Assembly: GCA_053919585.1 (NCBI GenBank) | Contig: CM132783.1 | Reading direction: 5' to 3' (one strand) | Source of the DNA: Euprymna scolopes | Lineage: Eukaryota | Length of the DNA stretch: 64,000 nt | Shown here: one piece after another, positions 50,246 through 62,036 of the stretch | Position numbering within the stretch: position 1 is the stretch's first letter | How the letters are laid out: every line of letters starts with the position of its first letter | Made by a program: the position numbers and the translations under genes | Notes under the pieces: model-generated | What the model was told of the DNA's origin: nothing | Databases searched by the model: none | Seen by the model: only the letters and a program-made list of their open reading frames with translations

Positions 50246-50267
50246 TATGGGCTCAATAAAAAATTAA

Positions 50268-50272
<5 letters not shown>

Positions 50273-50312
<40 letters not shown>
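50273..50312. repeat. (TA)n microsatellite
   Basis: Seen directly. Confidence 0.95.
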
Positions 50313-50315
<3 letters not shown>

Positions 50316-53037
50316 ATCAAGCAGACAACCCCCCCCACACTCTCATATCACAATCAGTGGTAGTTAAAGCGATACCAGACAGGATGACCCAGTTTTCCAT
50401 GTTGTTATGGCAACAGTATATCGAGATGACACACCCCCAACTCAGCCTTGAGCGGATGTTATTGATACAACATCCCCATCCCCAACCAGTCTGGAAGCAA
50501 AGAAAAAGCGGGAAATTTGATCAGTCGGACTGAGAGCGCAGACGCGATCACACGTGTGGCGATTCTTCTCTTCAACCTATAGACACCGCGGCCCAGGTCG
50601 CATGGTGAGAAACACCAGTCGACTCACATCGCGCTGATAAGGAAATTATAGATATACCTTGGCACGAGATAGTTGGACTGAGATCACACGGTGAAGAAAA
50701 AAACCCCAGTTGACTCATATCGCGCCGATAAGGAGACAATGTTCATACCTTGCCACGCAATGGTTGGAATTTAAAAGTCAGTCATGAGAATTGCTTATCA
50801 ACAAACAAAAGGGAAAGAAAAACGAAAAGCAAGAAACGAATATTAGTGAAACTTCACGCCGTCGGAATATGGACCAGCAACTCCGGACAAAGGAAAGATA
50901 AGTACACTTTTCAAATTGTCCAACTCCCATCTCGTACAAATAGCTAACTACGTTGAACTATTATGTGCCTCATATAAAAAGAAAAAGAAAGAGATAAAGA
51001 AGCAACTCTCTAAATAATTCTCTCCATCACTTGGCCGGCCCATGAACAATCTAGAAAAAAAAAGTAGTGAAAAGAGACAATCTTTATTTTCTTGAAATTT
51101 CTCATTATAAACCCCCGCCCCTGGAACATTACTCACGCACCTCATTGATTTCCATTTGAAAAAGAAAAGGAAGGAAAAGAGACTAAGAGACGATATTCTT
51201 TAAACAATTATAAGTATCACATATCCCTCCCCCTTTCTTTATCCCATAACATTGTCTGCATGATTTTTTTTTTGTTTGAATTATTGTCTTGTTGTCCTGT
51301 TTTGTTTTCCGTTATTTTCTCTCCAGCCTTGTTTTATAAATAAATTGTCATGTTTATAACACTTATACATAATGGACAGGTGCTATCTCGGCTGAATAAC
51401 TTTCAGCTGGCACCCTATATTTATTTTTTTCAAGGCGTGCTCTCGGTGTCGGAATCTTCTTAGGAGACCCCTACCCAAGGGTACCGTCACAATAGCATAA
51501 CTGGCTACTAATACCAGTGTTGCAGTTTCGATTTTCACCTTTCCTTTCCTTTTTTTACATTCTGATATTCTTGACTTTCAAATGTTATGTAATAATTTTA
51601 CAAGAACACTTTTATTAAAAAAATACAGAAGAATGTTTTTGATGTACATAACAAAAATGTCATATTCAAAAAAAAAAATATATATGTATTGTTTTTATAG
51701 ATTTCTGCCTTTCTGGTAGTAATTTATAAGAATAATTTATTAAAAAATACAATTTACATAGAAATTTATTTCATAAGCTTTTGTGAAGACACTTTCTATA
51801 CTTGTACAAAATAAAACATAATAAGGTAGAGAAAGGGAGAGAGAATAAAGTTCTTTTCTCTCTTTTTTTGTTACCCTTCTCCCTCTGTCAGCTGGAAAAT
51901 GGAATCAGTCTTGGAAGCAGTAGCAGCAATCATCGTCGTCATCGTACAGTGTTACTACTTGATTGTAGTAGGAGTATAGCTATAAATTGCCTGTCCGAGC
52001 GTCGGATGCAGTTTTAAAGGAAGGCAAAGCGGCGACGGCAGATGACAACAACGGCATTCGTGCCTACCGCCACCAAACATCATCCCATTGCTTTTACAAA
52101 GAAAGGGAAAAAGTTTAAGGTTTAAAATCAACTTTTTTCTTTTTACGTAGTAACAGGACTAAAAATTTTCTTATACTTTTTTGTTTTTCTGGTAGCAACT
52201 TATAAAATAATTTATTAAAAAATACAATTTATATTAAATTTTCTTTCGCAAGCTTTTGTGTAGATACTTTCTATACTTGTCATCTCAATGAACACAAATA
52301 TAACATTACATTTTTACAGTTCTTGTGTTGCAATAATAATATTTTTGGTGAAAATCTAAAGTTCAACATATTTAGCAAAAAAAAAATTTTTTAAATTAGA
52401 AAAATCTTAATGATGTACAATGTACATACCCAACACGGAACTAAAACTTTACATAATTTAAGTGGTTATTTTATTTATTTATTTTTTTTCAGAAAATCAT
52501 TTTTTTTTACAATTTTTTGTGATTTAAATAGTAACTCATGATTAATATATGAATTAAGACACTGCTATTTCTGTCATTTTGTTAACAAAAAGTAACAGGA
52601 GTTACTTGTTTGTGAGGTATTTTCAAATTTGAAACTCTAAACAATGTACTTGTTTATTTTTATTACAACTTCAGTTTAAATCTTAATTTAGTCACACAAA
52701 TTATTGCCAATGATAAAAATTAAAAACAAAATGTCAACAATAATCTTTATTCACATATTTATTATTTAAAGAAAAACCTGCTGAACTATTTCCTTTGGCA
52801 AGTTAAAATCGCTGCGAAAGGGATCAAAATTGAAAGAAATTGGAACTTAGCAGACTAATTTAACTTCCCTGGTACACATGCACAAATAAAAGCATATGTT
52901 AATGTTAGTTGAATTTGACTTATTTACATCCAACTTATGTGATAACTGGAGTACTGGAAGTTTTGTTCATCGATTTTGATTCTACCTGATGGCACCGAAA
53001 TCATTTTTTTTTTTTTTTACTTTTAAAAGCACTAATA

Positions 53038-53350
53038 TTCATTGGGTATAATCTCAACTCAAAAGAATTTACGTGACTCATATAGGAATTAATTCCTGCA
53101 AAAAATATCGACTGATCATGAAAACCTATACATTTTACCATAGGATAAATGAACTAATTGATTGAATTGCAACATACATTTCTTTTCATTTAAAACTGCT
53201 TCATTGGGTACACTCTCAACTTGAAAGAATTTATGTGACTCAAATAGAAATTAATTCCTGAAAAAATATTGTTCGATCACGAAAACCTAAATGTTTTGTC
53301 ATTGGGTTACAAACTAATTGATTAAGTTGTGACATATCTTTCTTTTGAAC
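53038..53350 (+). repeat. Two diverged tandem copies of an about 162-bp unit upstream of the Helitron ORF
   Basis: ttcattgggta..tctcaact..aaagaattta.gtgactca..aattaattcctg repeated at 53038 and 53200. Confidence 0.8.
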
Positions 53351-53667
53351 TGATATGGCTATTTTGTTCATCTATTGTTCAAACAAATTTCCCATATATT
53401 TTACCAATTGTGTTTTCACAATTAGTTTGATCGTATTTATTTTAAAAGTTCAGTATGCAAACATATTCATAAAATGATATTTCTAAAAATTTATTTTTTT
53501 AATTAAACATTTTCTTTATCTTTTATTATACCACTCAGGATTTAAAAGAACACTTAAAAAAAACTTTTGGGCCACTTTTATCGGTTAAGAACAATAAATT
53601 TAAACCGTTGCCTCATTTTTATTACAGGGGGGAAAAAAAACAGTTTATAACCAACCAAAATACTACA

Positions 53668-56208
53668 ATGCCAAAAAAGGTCGATCTTCAATCAACCAAT
53701 TATCATCAACCTAAACAGCGGAGAGATCAAAGAAACACATCAGAAAACCATGGGCAACCCAACTTTCAAGACTGGTCTGTTGAAGCGACTGCCACGTCAA
53801 TTAGTGATGGGTGCCTCAATCATTTGATTACAAGTGTTTGTCCTACTGTTGCTTCATTGTGTATTGCAACAGGGATTTCCACAAGTAACTTTTGAATTCT
53901 AGGCTCAAATACTGCCATGCTGCATGATGAACACAAGCTTAGAAAGCACAGAACAAAGCAGATGCATGAGACTAGGAGACAAACTTTCAATGTAAACATC
54001 GTTTGAGAAAAGATGCTGCAGTTAAAGCTACATTTAGAGCTTCTGAAACCGAAGTTCAGCGTAGTATTCGTTTGAAACATGATGCTGAATTAAAGTCTGC
54101 AAGAGCTTTAGAGAATGAAGCACAACGTGCAAACTATTTAGCCAGAGATGCCGTGGCTACAGCTTCTGCACGACAGGGGCAAACGACACGTGATAGAAAT
54201 ATGCGCTTAGATAGCATGTCGCAATATAATGCATATTGATATTTCTAGGGTTGCAAAATCACGTTGGTCTTTGAAAGCTTTCAACTATTTAGTTGACTCC
54301 AATCACTATGATCATCATCTCGATATTCAAATTGGTGGCATGACAAAAATATGTCCAATGTGCCAGGCTAAAAAATGGACAACAGAAACTCTGGGCATAT
54401 GTTGCTCTAATGACAAGGTTCAACTCCCTCCTTTCATGGATATTCCGCAACCATTTAGGCAGCTGCTTACTGGATCTAATGCTGAATCAAGAAGTTTCCT
54501 CAAAGAAATTCAGCACTACAATTTCGCCTTCCAAATGACTTCATTTGATTTGAGTTACAAACATGATGGTGGATTCATGCCAACATTCAACATTCAGGGA
54601 CAAGTATACCACTTGATTGGACCATTGCACCCTGTAAACAATCAAGAAGCAATATACTGCCAAGTCTACTTCATGTCTGATTATCATCAACAGGCAGCAA
54701 GACATATTTTAAGTGCATTCCCTAGTGGAAACAATTCCCTTGAGGCAAACAGCAGATTGAGCCTCCTTCTAGATCTGCAGAATATGTTTCATGAATATAA
54801 CAGCTATGTGCAAAATTTCAAGAATATACTTGAATCTGCTCCACCCTATAACTTCTCAATAGTAATCGATGCTGATGACCAACCGACTAGTAAACACGCT
54901 GGTCGATATAATTCACTTAAAATTAAAAACGAAGTTGCAATTCTTTTATCCGGTGACCAAAACACAAAGCGTGATATTGTCATCAACAGTCGAGACAGCG
55001 GACTTCAAAGAATCTGCAAAACACACAAATCGTATGATGCACCTCAATATCAATTACTTTTTGTTCACGGAGAGGACGGATACCATTTGAATATACCTCA
55101 GATTGGCTCTTCTAATTCCAACAATCCTACGTCCAAGGTAGTATCTTCTAAAAATTTCTATACATTTTGATTCATGATTCAACCTGACTGTCACAATCAC
55201 CTGCATCAGAACAAGACCTATTCAACCAGTTTGCTATTGGTATGTGCGCTAAAATGGAAGTGAACATTTGCTTTACATCAAGTTAAATTAGAAAAACTTG
55301 CGTTCAACAAGCTTCATACATCTTCGTGATGGGCTCAATAACAACATAGATCCCATCAATTTGGGGAAAAGTGTGTATTCTGCCTTCTTCGTTCACAGGC
55401 AGTCCTCGATATATGCATGAAAGGACACAAGATGCGATGACAATTGTGTCACTATGGTAGGCCCAACGTATTCGTATCTTTTACATACAACCCAAACTGG
55501 AAGGAAATTATGTCCAAACTTTTTCCAGGTCAGACTGCAATACATCAACATGATCTGATTGTCAGAGTAATCCATCTAAAATTGCATAAACTTATGGATT
55601 TGATGAAATTAGGTGAAGTTTTTGGGTTTGTTCTATGTGACATGTACACAACTGAATGGCAAAAGAGAGGATTGCCCCATGCTCATATTCTCATTTGGTT
55701 GAAGACAACAATACAGTCCAATGCTATCGATAAAATTACTTCTGCAGTTTCCAGATTCTGCATTAGACAAACATTTATACATGAAAATAAAAACTCCTAA
55801 TGCATGATCCATGCGGACCTGGATTTAAGAGATGCTTTCCTTGTGTCAAGGACAATAAAAGATGCAACAAGAACTACACACGAAAATTCTTTAGTGAAAC
55901 TCGGAAAGCTACCAACTTTACAGATGCCGCTGACCCACAGAAGGAGGTTTCACTGCTAGGATTAAGGATAACGAAGTTGACAATAAATTTGCTGTACCCT
56001 ACAGTCCCCTTCTACTGAGTGCCTTTGATGCTCACATCAATGTAGAATTTTGCAGGTCTGTCAAATGTATAAAATACATTTGTAAATATATTAATAAGGG
56101 CTCTGATGCTGCTTCATTTGCTTTGCAAAAAGGATGAAATTAATGAAGTTAAACCATACCTTGTTGAACGTTATATTAGTAGCAATGAAGCATTTTGGTG
56201 CATCTTTT
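53668..56208 (+). mobile_element. Helitron Rep-helicase pseudogene (N-terminal zinc finger and Rep domain; helicase not seen)
   Basis: CPMCQAKKW..CCS; YNFAFQMTSF; IQGQVYHLIG; FTYNPNWKEI; EWQKRGLPHAHILIW; HINVEFC..KYICKYINKGSD. Confidence 0.92.
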
Positions 56209-56236
56209 AAAGTGTATTTTTTTATTATATAAAACT

Positions 56237-56267
<31 letters not shown>

Positions 56268-56429
56268 GAAAAACAAAAACGCCTCAGGGTGAGTTCCACC
56301 ATGCACTCTAAAGGGATTATATGGATCTCTTTGATGACGTCAGACAACTTATTTGAGAATTTTATTTTTTTATCTTCTCAACCATTAAGCTGTGCAGGAG
56401 CAATGGTGGAGTGTTGGCCTTTTCACCTG

Positions 56430-57240
56430 TTTTTATTTTTTTATTTTTTTTTTTACAAGGTAGTCACCACTTATCAAGGCAGGAAGCCACTCGGGGATAA
56501 GGGTTATTGCATGTACAATATGTTAGTATTGGAGATTTGATAAAGTGTCTTAAGGGGGCGATTCATCAGGAATTTGTTTATGTTGGACTTGAAGACATCC
56601 AGGTGAGAATTGCCAGAGAGGGTCCCAAGACACAAAAGGAGTTGGAACAGGAAATATCAAAAAACCATGGATGGATGAAGAAAGAAGAGTACTGTGGGAA
56701 TGCTTTGTAAGAAGTGGAAGTACCAAATCTGGTGGATATATCCAAAAAGTAAAGGAAGAATGGTAATCGAGAGGAGGAGGAGGAGCTAGAAGTGTCGCGA
56801 GTTTGTTATCCCAGTTAAAACAAATTAAAAATAACCTACTTTCAGTGATTGCAAGAGAAAGAAGAAAACAAGAAGGTTCTCATCTGTCTCCAATATTCTG
56901 GAACGAAGATACTTTCCTTTGGAATAAAAAAGAAGGAAAAGAAATTTCCCAATTTTTCATGAGAACGTCTACAAGTTTTTTTTGTTTATTAATAACAAGA
57001 GAGTCATACGTGAAAAGTTTCACTCCCTGTTAATTAAAAGGACAAAAAAAAAAGACCCTACACATGGAAATCATCTGTTTCAAACTTTTACTTTCATAGC
57101 AAAAAGGCTCCACCAAACAACGTTCAAAAAAGAACCATTTTTATTTAAAGAAGAAAAAAAAGAAAACAGTAGAACCAGAAAGTCCCAGAAGATTAAGAAA
57201 GAGTCTCTCAAAGAGAAAGACTGAAAGGAAGAGGACATTT
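56430..57240 (-). mobile_element. Decayed CR1-group LINE fragment
   Basis: 3' tail (T-run, then tcaccac.tatcaaggc..gccactc..ggataagggtta) matches 23490-23560; weak RT remnants. Confidence 0.6.
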
Positions 57241-58333
57241 GAAGAAAAACAAAACAAAAAAGAAAAATTTAATACTTCTACACGTATTTTTCTTTTCAGC
57301 GTTATTTACAACAAAAATTGTTTCTTATTTTGAGTATTTCATTGTGTTTCTCATGCTTTTTTACCATAGGTATTCAAGTTTCATAAAAACAAATTGAAGT
57401 GGTTAAAATTATGAGAGATAATCGCTTCACATGAAAAATCCAAAACTGTCTGTAGTCCGGTCTTAGGCATAGGCAAACTAGGCAACTGCCTCCAATCAGC
57501 GTTTGACTCTTAAAGAAACTTTTAATGCTTCCCATTGATACTATAAAAGACATCAAGCAACACCTTGCTTCAATCAGTATTGTATTCTAATTCATGTTTG
57601 ATTGGATCATTATGTCAAAAAATGCTGTGTTGGACCACTTCACCAGATAGTGCACACAGACTATTTAAGGTAACTTAAAAAAAGCTTTTCTTTATACATT
57701 GTACATTTAATATGAAACTATAGTTATTTTCGTTGTAAATGCTGTTCGCATTGCGATAATGTTACACAGACATTTGGATAATTATGTTTAGCGCAAATTG
57801 GCTTAATTTTTCAAATAATGAAACAAAAATATATAGCAGTGAAAATCCTCTCAATTTATTATCCATTATATTAATGATATATTTTACTGGCTTCAATGTC
57901 AAAGTTTTCTTCAGCAGCAAATAAATTCCACAACCTTTTTTTATTTTTCGTGTTGTTTTTTTTTTTTTTTTTTTTTGCCAAATGAAATGCTGTCACCCAC
58001 TCATCAGAATTCCTTAATATTTTGTCAATTCTTCATTAAAACAAGAGCTTTGGGGCTTTTTAGCTTCCTCAGAAACCGAGTTATTCAAATTTGGGTTATT
58101 CATACAGGGGAAAAGCTTTGAACTAAAAAATATGTTTATTGTATGTAAAAGTTACGTGTGGTCTTTATCACACATAATCTTTTATGTGCAAAAAGGCAAT
58201 TTACATATACGTAAATTATTGGAAAAAAAATAACGTACGAGGTTTCATATATGAAACATTTAAAAAAAATTTTCAGTTAAAAAACATTGATTTTTTATGT
58301 TTACGTAATTTATTGGACGCCCCTAGTGTATAT

Positions 58334-59972
58334 CACTAGTAGTCCCAGAAATGGCGATAAAAAAAAAATAATCCTCATTGCAATCACATAAACTTGCAAA
58401 TAAAATGCACAAAACTATAAATTTTCATTGTTTTGATGGTGTATTCATGTTATTTATTCAATACACTTTCAAAATAAACCATTAAAGTGCTTTTAAAAAA
58501 ACTTATAAAATTTAATTTCTTGATTAAAAAAAAAAGAAATCATAAAAAACAGCATAGTCACGTTTCCGTAGTGCAATTTTTCACGTAATGAAAAGCATTG
58601 TTTTTAAAATTTTGAAATCCATAAAATCTTTTAAAAATCAATCAAAATTTTTTAATTTGTTCAATTTTTGTGATTTAAATTATTTACCAAAGAAACGTTT
58701 TTCTCAAGTTTTTAAACTTGCTGAAATTTATTTACTTAAAAAATTTGAAGATAGAGCATAAATGAATAAAATGATGTTTTTTTATTTAAAAAAAAATGCT
58801 TGCCGGGGTTCCAAATTAACAGTGAAAAGTGAGAAATTTAAAACCTTGATAAAAAGAAATCTACGATCAATTTTTCACTTTTTCAAAAAGAATTTGAAGG
58901 ATAATACAGAAACAAATATATCTGAAGCAAAAAAAAAAATAAATAAATAAAATTAAAAATTGTAATGTCTCTTAGGGATTATTTTTATATCACCACCCCA
59001 CTAAAAAAAAATTCCCTGCAATTGTTGGTCTTTTTTTTTCTTTTTAAAATTTATCTATATAAAATTTACTTCAAATCTATCTGAAAATCTAGAAATTAAT
59101 TCATTTGGTTATATTTTTTAGAAAATATAATCATTTGTCAATAAACTTTTGATAACATTTTTGATTTAAGGTTTAAAACACTGCCTAATCAATCATCACT
59201 TATTAACAGTCACTGGTTTTATTTGTTTATTCAGCAGCGCTGACAGCAGTCAGTCAACACAGTCACTAGTAGTGATTTGGTTGGGGTGTTAAGGGGAGAT
59301 AATGAAAGGAAATTTCAAAAATAAAAGTTTTCGCTAACAGCTTCTATTTTCTGAAGTTATTATTTTATTTATCCTAAGATATTAATTTTATTTTTGTATG
59401 GGTGCCCCTAACAACAAAAAATTTTTTAATTTCCTTTTTCCAATGTGTTGTTATTGTGTTTAATGATAATTTTTATCAGGTTTGTGTTTCCATACTATGA
59501 ATTTAAAAAAAAAATCTTTAAAATATCTTTAGAAGAGTTATCTGCCCTTTGATGTGTTACGTATTTATTTGGGGGTACCTTTAAGAAAACGGTTTTATTA
59601 AAATAATTCTAATAGATGAAGTCTATTAAGTGAAATTTTTATGTAAATTAAGCATGGGGCTAACTATTGGCAATTAATTTTTTCTGGTGAGTAAATTTTT
59701 GATTTTACTGATATTTTTTAATTTTGAAGTGCACTTTTGAATTTAGTGAAAAGATTCGTTCATTATTTTCATTTTTTTTTTTTAAATTAAAGTATAGTTT
59801 TCTTTTATGCTGTTTAATCAAAACAAAATTTTAATCTTTTCTCGTTTTATTGAAGAAAAAAGTTAAGGATTAAAATAAAAACTCAAGAAGCTACGAGGTT
59901 TTAAAAATTGTCGGTCAGAGAATTTCTAAATTCTTCAGTCGCCATGATTCGCCATTTCTGGGACTACTAGTA
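58334..59972. mobile_element. Non-autonomous CACTA/CMC-type DNA transposon (1.64 kb)
   Basis: 24-bp TIRs cactagtagtcccagaaatggcga / tcgccatttctgggactactagta; 3-bp TSD TAT; no coding capacity. Confidence 0.85.
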
Positions 59973-60613
59973 TATCACACTTAAGATTTTCTGAATCTTT
60001 GTTGAAGAGAGAATTGAGGCAAATTATTATTCATAAGAGCTTTTCTGCATATATTGTTTATCTATTTGGCTCGCTCATACTTTGCCAATCAAGGCTTCAT
60101 ACTCGTTTACATGTAGACCTAAATTTTTCAACTAAAATTTGCATTTGTTCACATTTCCTCGCCATTTTTTTTTTTTTTTACATACAAAGAATTTTATTCT
60201 CTATCCAGTGAGGCAAGGATGCTAATTGTGACTCTATGATCAGTTATTAAACTTTTTATTTATCCAGACTACCGAAAGACCCTTGGCCAAAATGTCGAAA
60301 CATTCTTTTGTGTCTGGAGCACCAAAATACAAACGAAAAATGGAGGCGTTTATTTAAAAACAAAGAGGTGCTATATTAAATTTTGTTACTAGTTAGCTGC
60401 CACATTCGGCAGCATTAACTTCAGATACTCAGCTCCAAAACGAAAAAGATACACAATATTCTTCCCAATCGCTAGCAAGTGGTCAATGTAGTCAGATGAA
60501 TTTGGAAAAAATGGTCAATGAATCGTTTAATTTGCAGGAAGAAGTAATGGACATGGTCAAGAAAGATGGCGATGCAGGTTCATGCGATGTAGTGAGAGCC
60601 AGCAGATCGACTT

Positions 60614-61855
60614 TGTCGTGGGGCAAGAAAAACTATGTTCCCTTTCCCCCCACTCCACTGTTTCATACAACAAAACAGACATGCGACATTCCAGCATGAG
60701 TGAAAGAGAAAGAAGAAGAGAAGAGAGGACGAATAAATCCGCTTAACAACAAACCAAAAGTGAGGCAAGTTGACCTACTTATGTCCCTCTTCTCCAGCAT
60801 TTCTGTTTCATTTGTTTTGCTAAACTACTTGGCGTCAAACACATTAAGACTACAGCATATCATCCTTGTGCCAATGGCCTCATGGAAAGATTCCACCGGA
60901 CACTGAAGGCTTCTCTGACCACGAGACACCCCACCAACAACTGGGTGGACGGGCTACCTTTGATTCTTTTGTTAATCCGAAACTCACTGAAAGAGGACCT
61001 AGGTTGTTCCCCAGCAGAAGTAGTCTTTGGCACAGCACTTTCTCTACCTGGCCAATACTTCCAGGACATCATGCCCAACCTTACTCCGGCAAGTCCCTTC
61101 ACTCAAGAGCTACGCCATAAAATGTCCCAACTCCAGTACTCACAACCCAAGCAACCACCATCACCGATCGTCTACATCCCTCACCAGCTCCAGGACTGTA
61201 AATATATCTCCATACAAAATGATGCAGTAAAGAGACCACTGACACCAACATACCAGGGTCCATTTAAAGTCTTGCAGCATGCTGAGAAACATCTGAGCAT
61301 CAACTGAGAAAATCGAACCGACACCATTTCCATCAACAGGGCTAAACCAGCTTTCCTGGAAAAGACATCACAAGGGACGGAACACATCTTAACTCACCCA
61401 GCCCGCAAGAGACAGACCAAACTCCAGAAGTGTCCAGCCCTCCAACCAGACACACTAGACATGGAAGAAAGGTTACCTTCTCAAGTAGATATAAGACATA
61501 CATCTACTACTAGTGGATTATACCCAAGTATCCAGGGAGAGGGCCTTTGCTGCAAACCATCATATATATACATCCCCTTACTAAGACAGTATGCCACATT
61601 TTTTTTTTTTTTAATTGAGTATGATCAATTATCCAGGGAGAGGGCCTTGTCGTGGGGCAAGAAAAACTGTTTCCTTTTTCCCCACTCCACTGTTTCATAC
61701 AACAAAACAAGACATGCGACATTCCAGCATGAGTGAGAGAGAAAGAAGAGAAGAGAGGACGAATAAATCCGCTTAACAACAAACTGTAAGCGAGGCAAGT
61801 TGACCTACTTATGTCCCTCTTCTCCAGCATTCCTGTTTTATTTGTTTTGCTAAAC
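60614..61855 (+). mobile_element. Internally deleted Gypsy element (CsRn1-like integrase remnant between two LTR segments)
   Basis: About 210-bp direct repeats at 60614-60825 and 61648-61855; TTAYHPCANGLMERFHRTLK..SPAEVVFG..YQGPFKVL; PPT agggagaggg. Confidence 0.85.
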
Positions 61856-62036
61856 AAAATATACATAAAACTTAATTTTTTATGATTAAAATCTAAATGA
61901 CTGTCCTTTTGTTTTAGACGGAATTAATTCAAATACAATTATCAAACTTCTAAACTAAGTTTGATTGTAAAAATTTTGTTTGGAATTAAGATCTTCCTTT
62001 ATTCATTTCCTGAGAGCGACATCACTAGTTGGGCTC

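Noticed and set aside
60240-60600. Possible host exon or transposase fragment
   Set aside because: No recognisable motif or consistent splice pair; cannot be supported without a search.
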